A stretch of 64,000 nucleotides of DNA from a virus (Duplodnaviria > Caudoviricetes): the IMG/VR virus record IMGVR_UViG_3300036942_000148, positions 1 through 64,000 of that record. One strand, given 5' to 3'. Every line of letters begins with the position of its first letter. Position 1 is the first letter of the stretch. The position numbers were made by a program, and so were the translations under genes. Below, in pieces: positions 57,942 to 64,000 of this stretch. The notes below the pieces were generated by a model, which saw only the letters and a list, made by a program, of their open reading frames with translations, had not been told where the DNA came from and did no database searches.

Positions 57942-59140
57942 TGTATAAAACTCATGAAGAAAAAAAGAAAGATTTTGATCATAAGTTAAAAAGGATAGTT
58001 AGAGATGAGTGTAGAAAGCCAATTACCAGTAGAGATAATATATCTGAATATAAGAAATATTATGATAGTATGTTTGATTTAAATATTAAAAATGGTTATA
58101 TCTATGACCCTGAAGAACCTGATACTGACTCTTTTGCTTGGGTAAATGAATTTATTTTAGATATTGGGATGGTTCCTACTGTTGAATCATTAAAGGAACT
58201 TAAGGTTAAAACTGAAGATTATCATAAATATGTAACTGAATTTCTTAGTGATGACTTTGGAGATAAAAATATTCCCCATATTGATTATGTAGAGTTAAAT
58301 CTCAGTGAAAATTATAACGGCGTGATTGACCTAACTGGGTTCAAGAACTATTTTTTAAAAACAGAACCAGCATATACTAGAAGTTTCCAAGAGAATATAG
58401 AAAAAATAGTTGAATTTATAACTACTTTTCATATCTATCCCACTGGAGGGTCTCTTGAAACTCTTAATTGTGGCACTCTTTATTATCTCACACAATTCAC
58501 TAATGGTGAGAATTTAAGTTATCTTGATTTCATAGATAAAATATTTGATCTTTATGACTTAGATATAGATAATTATAGAAAAATAAATATTAATAAGATG
58601 TTTGATAAATATCTAAAAGGTATAAAGATTACAAGAGAAACTACAGTGAAGACTGGTAAAGAAAACTTGGGTGGAGCTAGACTAGTTGAAATTGAAGTTG
58701 ATGGAAAGTATAATTTTCATATTGATAGTTTAGAACCTGAAATACATGAAAACTATACTGAAAATGAAGAAGCAATCAAAAAGATAAGAGAATTTATTGA
58801 AACCACATCTAACAGAGAACCCTATAACAAAAGATCTTATAGTCAGAATTTATTAGATAGAATAAAAAATACAAAAACATTTACTAGGGAGGATTTACCT
58901 AAATTGAGCATTAAAAAAGACATAGATAGAGATGAAGTTCAAGAGTTATTGAAAGCTTTAGTTTTCAATGATATTAGAGAATCCTTAAACGAGAAAGAGT
59001 TGGAGATATTAGAATCATTCGGGTTAGAAGGCAGTATTGATAAAATGATAGATAAAGCTATTAACACTACTGTACGTGAAATTAGCAATCATGTAGAAGA
59101 TAGAGTGAAGAATATACTAGGAAATTTTGATATACAATAA
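57941..59140 (+). CDS. hypothetical protein
   Basis: 399-aa ORF, translationally coupled. Confidence 0.8.
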   Translation: MYKTHEEKKKDFDHKLKRIVRDECRKPITSRDNISEYKKYYDSMFDLNIKNGYIYDPEEPDTDSFAWVNEFILDIGMVPTVESLKELKVKTEDYHKYVTEFLSDDFGDKNIPHIDYVELNLSENYNGVIDLTGFKNYFLKTEPAYTRSFQENIEKIVEFITTFHIYPTGGSLETLNCGTLYYLTQFTNGENLSYLDFIDKIFDLYDLDIDNYRKININKMFDKYLKGIKITRETTVKTGKENLGGARLVEIEVDGKYNFHIDSLEPEIHENYTENEEAIKKIREFIETTSNREPYNKRSYSQNLLDRIKNTKTFTREDLPKLSIKKDIDRDEVQELLKALVFNDIRESLNEKELEILESFGLEGSIDKMIDKAINTTVREISNHVEDRVKNILGNFDIQ

Positions 59141-59155
59141 TTGGGAGGTATATTA

Positions 59156-59530
59156 ATGGAATTAATGGATATAATGAATAAAGTTATTGAATATTACAGC
59201 AGGGTAGAAAAACCTGAAGAGCACTGTGTGGTTTTTGACGATGGGATAGTAACTATTGGAGTTGAAAATAATTCACCACAATTAGAGATCCATGCAGGTA
59301 GTTATCATTTACATGAAGAAACTGGAGAAAATTATTCAGAAGATGTTCATAATTATATGAATCAAGGAGATTGGGATGAATTAGATGAGGAAAGAATAGT
59401 TTATGAAGATAGAGTAGTTATTTTTGGAATTAATGAGAGTTTAAATAAATTCATGAAGCAGTATTCTAGCTTTGATAGAGTTAGTGAGAAACTAAATTTA
59501 GTTGAAAGTTATGGAAAGGATGAGGAATAA
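59156..59530 (+). CDS. hypothetical protein
   Basis: ATG 59156 after GGGAGG. Confidence 0.75.
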   Translation: MELMDIMNKVIEYYSRVEKPEEHCVVFDDGIVTIGVENNSPQLEIHAGSYHLHEETGENYSEDVHNYMNQGDWDELDEERIVYEDRVVIFGINESLNKFMKQYSSFDRVSEKLNLVESYGKDEE

Positions 59531-59531
59531 T

Positions 59532-60002
59532 ATGAAAATATCTAGAGATGCTCTTGATAAGATTTGGGAGATTCAGAGAGAATTTATTAAAATTATGAAG
59601 AAACACGATCCAGGTAATAATGAGATGGAGTTATGTGCCATGAAAGATAAGAATCAATGCAAACAACCTGAAGAAATGTTATATATGCAGATTCATTTTC
59701 CTAAAATGGGTTTAGGTGAATATGAAGTTTCAGTTCTTCCTTATAAAGATGATGAAGGAGAAACTGATTTTGATATCATTGCAAGTGAAAGCTTTAGGGA
59801 ATCTAACGATATGCATAGATTAAATATGATTAAAGAAAACCTCAATAATGATAAAATAGTTTTATCGTTAAGAGATGAATTAGAAAAAGATGAAGATATT
59901 CTATCTTACGTGACTATTTATGATTATTGTACTAAAGAAGAATACATTGAAAAGTCACAAGATTTCTTTAAAGAATTAAAGTTACTAATAGAAAAGTATT
60001 AA
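59532..60002 (+). CDS. hypothetical protein
   Basis: ATG 59532 after GAGG. Confidence 0.75.
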   Translation: MKISRDALDKIWEIQREFIKIMKKHDPGNNEMELCAMKDKNQCKQPEEMLYMQIHFPKMGLGEYEVSVLPYKDDEGETDFDIIASESFRESNDMHRLNMIKENLNNDKIVLSLRDELEKDEDILSYVTIYDYCTKEEYIEKSQDFFKELKLLIEKY

Positions 60003-60005
60003 AAT

Positions 60006-60047
60006 AAATAAAAGTAGGATATCTTAATAGGATATCCTACTTTATTT
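60006..60047 (+). terminator. intrinsic terminator
   Basis: AAAGTAGGATATC/GATATCCTACTTT. Confidence 0.75.
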
Positions 60048-60061
60048 CATTAAGGAGGAAT

Positions 60062-60796
60062 ATGATGGAAGAATATAAATTAAAAATATTAGGAACTACA
60101 CTACAATCAATTTTAAATAAAGATTTTAATTCTTATTATGATGCTGACTATGGAATGAAAGTTATTAAAGGTTTATTAGATTTTCCTTCGGATATAAAAC
60201 CCTATTTCAATTCAATTAATTTAACTATTAATGAAAATGATCTATCAAATTTTTACGATGTTAAATACGAATTAAAAAAAGTATTTGGAATTGAAGGGTT
60301 TAACGAGGAAATAGAAAAAATTGTATTAGACAAAGACTTGAGAATTAGACAAAGAGAAATAGATAAAAATAAAACTGTTTATTTCGAACCGCAATATAAT
60401 TTTATAAATAACTATCTTCAAGTTCATGATTATGATTTTACAGGAGAAGAAATATTCGAATTAATTGATTCTACGTTTAATCAGTTTAATTTACTAATGT
60501 CAATTATTAAAGATCGCAAAGGGAGTAATGAAACCACTACAGATATCCTCAAACAATATGCAAAAGAAAAAATAAAAGATTTAAATGAAGAAACATTAAT
60601 ATTTCTAGTTATTAGAGAAATTAAAAATGGCTATCAATTTCATAGAGGTAAAGAAATTAATAAATTAATAGAATTTTTTGAAGATAATTTTGATGATAAT
60701 AAATTTAAACAACCAATCAAAATACTAAAAATATTTCGTGATTATAGTGATGATTTTGATAGTTTTAAGAAAGTGAGGTCTCTAGAAAATGTCTAA
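60062..60796 (+). CDS. hypothetical protein
   Basis: 244 aa, AAGGAGG RBS. Confidence 0.8.
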   Translation: MMEEYKLKILGTTLQSILNKDFNSYYDADYGMKVIKGLLDFPSDIKPYFNSINLTINENDLSNFYDVKYELKKVFGIEGFNEEIEKIVLDKDLRIRQREIDKNKTVYFEPQYNFINNYLQVHDYDFTGEEIFELIDSTFNQFNLLMSIIKDRKGSNETTTDILKQYAKEKIKDLNEETLIFLVIREIKNGYQFHRGKEINKLIEFFEDNFDDNKFKQPIKILKIFRDYSDDFDSFKKVRSLENV

Positions 60797-61535
60797 AGAA
60801 TTTGAATATATTAAAAAAGTTATGAAAGCACTTCAAAGACATAGAAATGACATGAATCATGAAATATTTGGAATATTCTTAACTAATATTGATACTGAAA
60901 TTTTAGAAACTATTATTGATGAAATAATTCCATACTACGAACAAGATTTAACAGAAAGAGGACTTGAAGATGCCACTAAATACTATGCCTCCTCTTATTT
61001 TGAATATTTAAGGCTATTAATGGGGTTAGTTCATTATAAAAAAGAAGATAAAAAAGTAAATATTAAAAATTTAGAATTATTAAATGAAAAGAAACTTCCT
61101 CATAAAATCTTAAAAATGGCTACTAATGATTATGAAAAAATGGATCTTAATAATGTAACCAAGAGATGTATTAAAATAATGTTAGGTTTATTTAATTCAG
61201 ATAAGAAGATATTAAAACCATATATAGAAAGTAATTTTGCCAAAGAATTAATTACCGAGACCATTGCTGGAAACGCTCAGTTTTGTGAAATATTAGAGTA
61301 TGATTTTGATGATGCGTATACAAATAATAATTTTCAATATGAAGAATTTGAAAAAGTTTTTCTCGAAAGTATAGCTGATTTACATCCAATGAGTAAATCT
61401 AGATTTGTGAGAAATGCTTTTAATAATTCGGATTTTGAAAATGAAACTGCAGGAATTCCATTAGTAGGTATGATAAAGAAGAGTAAAGATGAAAGAATAA
61501 AGAAAGCATATTTAGAACAAAAACTAAAAGTTTAA
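60789..61535 (+). CDS. hypothetical protein
   Basis: 248 aa, coupled to upstream gene. Confidence 0.8.
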   Translation: MSKEFEYIKKVMKALQRHRNDMNHEIFGIFLTNIDTEILETIIDEIIPYYEQDLTERGLEDATKYYASSYFEYLRLLMGLVHYKKEDKKVNIKNLELLNEKKLPHKILKMATNDYEKMDLNNVTKRCIKIMLGLFNSDKKILKPYIESNFAKELITETIAGNAQFCEILEYDFDDAYTNNNFQYEEFEKVFLESIADLHPMSKSRFVRNAFNNSDFENETAGIPLVGMIKKSKDERIKKAYLEQKLKV

Positions 61536-61536
61536 A

Positions 61537-61546
61537 TATATATTAT
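61537..61546 (+). promoter_or_regulatory. putative early promoter TATATATTAT
   Basis: Motif match. Confidence 0.6.
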
Positions 61547-61592
61547 TTAAATGATAAAAATGAATTAACATTAATTATAGGAGAGTGATAAA

Positions 61593-62090
61593 ATGATTGA
61601 AATTAAAAGGTTTGAAGATGTTGAAGAGTTAAAAGAAAAAGGGCAAGTTGATATTAATATGCAATTAGCACTTAACGAAGTTCTTAGAGGTATAATTACT
61701 TCTCTAAGTAATTTTCATATGGACTTTGATCCTGATGAAAAGGGTTACGTAATTCTGTTAGAACCTACTGATGGAGCTAAAGAATTAGCTGAAATTGGAC
61801 TTAATGGTAGCTTTGAGAATATCAATCCTGAGAGTATTTCTTACGATGAAAACTTAGATTTATATCTCATTCAAATACTCCATAACAACGAGTTCATGAA
61901 CTTCTATTTGGTCGAAAAAGAAGGTATCGAATTTATACCTGGTTTGGAAGATTTAATAGAAGAACATGAAGATTCTATCACACAGACTATGTTGTTGAGA
62001 AGAGTATATGAAGAGTCGTCTAAATTCCAAAAAACCGCAGAAGAAGTTTCAGAAGGACAAGAAGATGAAGAAAACGATGTGCCATTTTAA
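61593..62090 (+). CDS. hypothetical acidic protein
   Basis: 165 aa, ends EDEENDVPF. Confidence 0.8.
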   Translation: MIEIKRFEDVEELKEKGQVDINMQLALNEVLRGIITSLSNFHMDFDPDEKGYVILLEPTDGAKELAEIGLNGSFENINPESISYDENLDLYLIQILHNNEFMNFYLVEKEGIEFIPGLEDLIEEHEDSITQTMLLRRVYEESSKFQKTAEEVSEGQEDEENDVPF

Positions 62091-62139
62091 TTGTAATTAA
62101 ATACACTAGAGAATATAATACTTTAATGGAGGAATTGTA

Positions 62140-62487
62140 ATGGCTACCATAATGATGTATAATGATTTTTCAATTACACATATTCATTCAGAGAACGAAA
62201 ATGAATATATCAATATAGATAGTAAATGCGAATATGGCACTGAGATAGATAAAGTCTCATTGGCTCCATTTCATGGAAGTATAGAGAATAATCCTAGATA
62301 TAATGCTATGGTTTCTATATCTCTGAGGAATGTTAAGAAGGATAAATATACTAATTTTATTATCTTTCATGATTATGATAAAGGGGTTAATAATGATGAA
62401 TTAAAAGAAGGAATTATAGAATATATGAGTATTCATTTTGGGATGGATATAGAAGATATACTTAAGCAGTATCCAGATCTTAAATAA
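62140..62487 (+). CDS. hypothetical protein
   Basis: 115 aa, GGAGG RBS. Confidence 0.75.
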   Translation: MATIMMYNDFSITHIHSENENEYINIDSKCEYGTEIDKVSLAPFHGSIENNPRYNAMVSISLRNVKKDKYTNFIIFHDYDKGVNNDELKEGIIEYMSIHFGMDIEDILKQYPDLK

Positions 62488-62497
62488 TAAAAAGGAA

Positions 62498-62776
62498 GTG
62501 AATTTAATGCCAGAAACTAGTTATTATTACTTTGCTTTTAATAAAACTAGAATCAGTGATAATAAGTTGATGAGCGATGACGATGTCCTTCAAATTAGAG
62601 ATGACTCTTTCCCATTAGCTCAAGTTAAAAGATTATTTATGGATAGAGGATATTTAATAGCTATCAATAATATAATGGAAATAGATAAAGATCTTTATAA
62701 TGAATTATTAGAAGATAAAGAATTTGAAGTAAATAAATATGAGTATGATGAGTATGAAGGTATTTATTTCTTATAA
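62498..62776 (+). CDS. hypothetical protein
   Basis: 92-aa ORF. Confidence 0.7.
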   Translation: MNLMPETSYYYFAFNKTRISDNKLMSDDDVLQIRDDSFPLAQVKRLFMDRGYLIAINNIMEIDKDLYNELLEDKEFEVNKYEYDEYEGIYFL

Positions 62777-62779
62777 AAT

Positions 62780-62820
62780 AAAAGCATAAGGATAACTAAA
62801 TCCTTATGCTTAATTTTTTT
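62780..62820. terminator. bidirectional terminator
   Basis: AAGCATAAGGA/TCCTTATGCTT. Confidence 0.75.
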
Positions 62821-63249
62821 TTATCTATTGATTACTAATTTTAGTTCTTCATATCTTTCAGTTAGCTCTTCAAATCCTTCATTTTCATCATTAATATCAT
62901 TCAGTTTACTACTTGTTTCTTCTATTAATTCTCCTAGCTTGTTGTTATCTTTTTCGTCTAAGAATTTACTATGTGATTCTAGATAAGAAGAAAGGTAAAA
63001 TAAGTTATCTTTTACGTTTTCTAATAATCCATTCTCTTCCTTACAGTCATTAATGATATCTAAATTATTTTCTAATTGAACTTCAAGTATATCTGCAATA
63101 TCTTCTTTAATTTCTTCATTTTCTTTTAGTACTTTATACTCATTGATATCAGAAAAACGATCTACAAAAAGATTTGTCTTTTCTTCTAAAAATTTTACTT
63201 TTTCTTTGAGAGGTAATACATTAAACTCTGTCTGTTCTGTTAAAAACAT
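62821..63249 (-). CDS. acidic protein with MFLTE start (possible head protein)
   Basis: 142 aa, late promoter, AGGAGG RBS. Confidence 0.65.
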   Translation of the reverse strand: MFLTEQTEFNVLPLKEKVKFLEEKTNLFVDRFSDINEYKVLKENEEIKEDIADILEVQLENNLDIINDCKEENGLLENVKDNLFYLSSYLESHSKFLDEKDNNKLGELIEETSSKLNDINDENEGFEELTERYEELKLVINR

Positions 63250-63276
63250 TTGAATTCCTCCTATAATATTATTTTT

Positions 63277-63288
63277 TAATTAACTGTT
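63277..63288 (-). promoter_or_regulatory. late-type promoter AACA-N6-TA
   Basis: AACA GTTAAT TA. Confidence 0.6.
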
Positions 63289-64000
63289 ATTTTAAATTTT
63301 TTGTAGTAAATTCTTTCACGTATTTTAGGAATTTACCGTATTTCTTATCAAATATTTTTATATAATTATAATTACTCTCTTTTACTACTTTATCCTTAGT
63401 CCTTTCAATGTCTATATCACGTTGTCTGTAGTGTTTATTATTTTTACTCTTAATTTCCACTATTAATTCCATAGAAGGTATATAAGCATCTGGTATATAA
63501 TAATGTTCTTCATCATCCTTGGGACTGATATATTCGAATATCATAGGAGCTGGCATTATAATATCATCTGGATTCCATTTAAATAGTTCCAACATAGTAA
63601 TTATAAAATCTTCTTCATAACTCCCAGTATAATCAAATTCATGTTTATTTCCATCTTCATCTTTGAATTTGTATGTTCCCGATATACTTCTATTAGCTAA
63701 CATTTCTTTCTGCTTTTCTGGGTCGTCCAATAGATGTTCTTTACCGTATTTCTTCATCATCCGTTGCTTGAATCGCTCTCTATATATTTTTTTGCACCTT
63801 TCGCTACACAATCTGTTATACCTTTCGGACTTCTCATTGAAATCTGTAGGTTTTTTATCTATAATGCATTCACCATGTTTTTTATTGAGATTATAATTAT
63901 TTCTATAATTAAAATAAACCTGTGCTGGAGATATATCATCTAACTGATCATCATGCTCGTCTTCCATATGTCCGTACAGCTCTTCTTTTGCTTCTTCTTT
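63287..64000 (-). CDS. TnsA-like PD-(D/E)xK nuclease with zinc-finger motifs, 5'-truncated
   Basis: Frame open to window edge (ELYGHMEDEH); C..CSERC; SYEEDF; YIPDAYI..LIVEIKS. Confidence 0.7.
   Translation of the reverse strand, partial: KEEAKEELYGHMEDEHDDQLDDISPAQVYFNYRNNYNLNKKHGECIIDKKPTDFNEKSERYNRLCSERCKKIYRERFKQRMMKKYGKEHLLDDPEKQKEMLANRSISGTYKFKDEDGNKHEFDYTGSYEEDFIITMLELFKWNPDDIIMPAPMIFEYISPKDDEEHYYIPDAYIPSMELIVEIKSKNNKHYRQRDIDIERTKDKVVKESNYNYIKIFDKKYGKFLKYVKEFTTKNLK

Noticed and set aside
1727-63943. Short antisense or nested ORFs in the track (e.g. 1727-1960, 7668-7934, 9112-9345, 12245-12517, 25300-26125, 30119-32671, 53346-54736, 63663-63943)
   Set aside because: They overlap better-supported genes or exons on the other strand or frame and lack an RBS
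1-64000. tRNA, rRNA, IS/transposase, integrase, reverse transcriptase, intein
   Set aside because: No recognisable signatures by eye; a tRNAscan/HMM run would be needed to exclude them formally

Overview
Fragment of a very AT-rich jumbo myophage genome of the PBS1/AR9-phiKZ type. Strong AGGAGG ribosome-binding sites suggest a Firmicute host, and the acidic proteins may point to a halophilic one. The window holds the C-terminal half of a split family B DNA polymerase, a multisubunit RNA polymerase (beta'N, beta'C and an unsplit beta), an SF2 helicase, RusA, dCTP deaminase and other nucleotide enzymes, baseplate and tail genes, a 2737-aa tape measure protein, putative internal head proteins and clusters of small early genes. 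The ORF track hides the main structure. Eight group I introns (1 in DNA pol, 4 in beta'N, 3 in beta) can be reconstructed from P/Q/R/S cores, P1 U-G pairs and restored catalytic motifs. They include a 15-nt micro-exon carrying GDFDG of the RNAP active site, one intron apparently ending in A instead of omega-G, and one carrying a Bro-N protein instead of a nuclease. About 19 AACA-N6-TA (AR9 late-type) and 7 TATATATTAT (early-type) promoter motifs sit before genes. With a dCTP deaminase carrying Asn at a conserved Asp, this suggests a uracil-DNA phage. Several unannotated structured RNAs and micro-ORFs are also visible. No CRISPR array, tRNA or IS element was seen. All family assignments come from motif recognition, not database searches.
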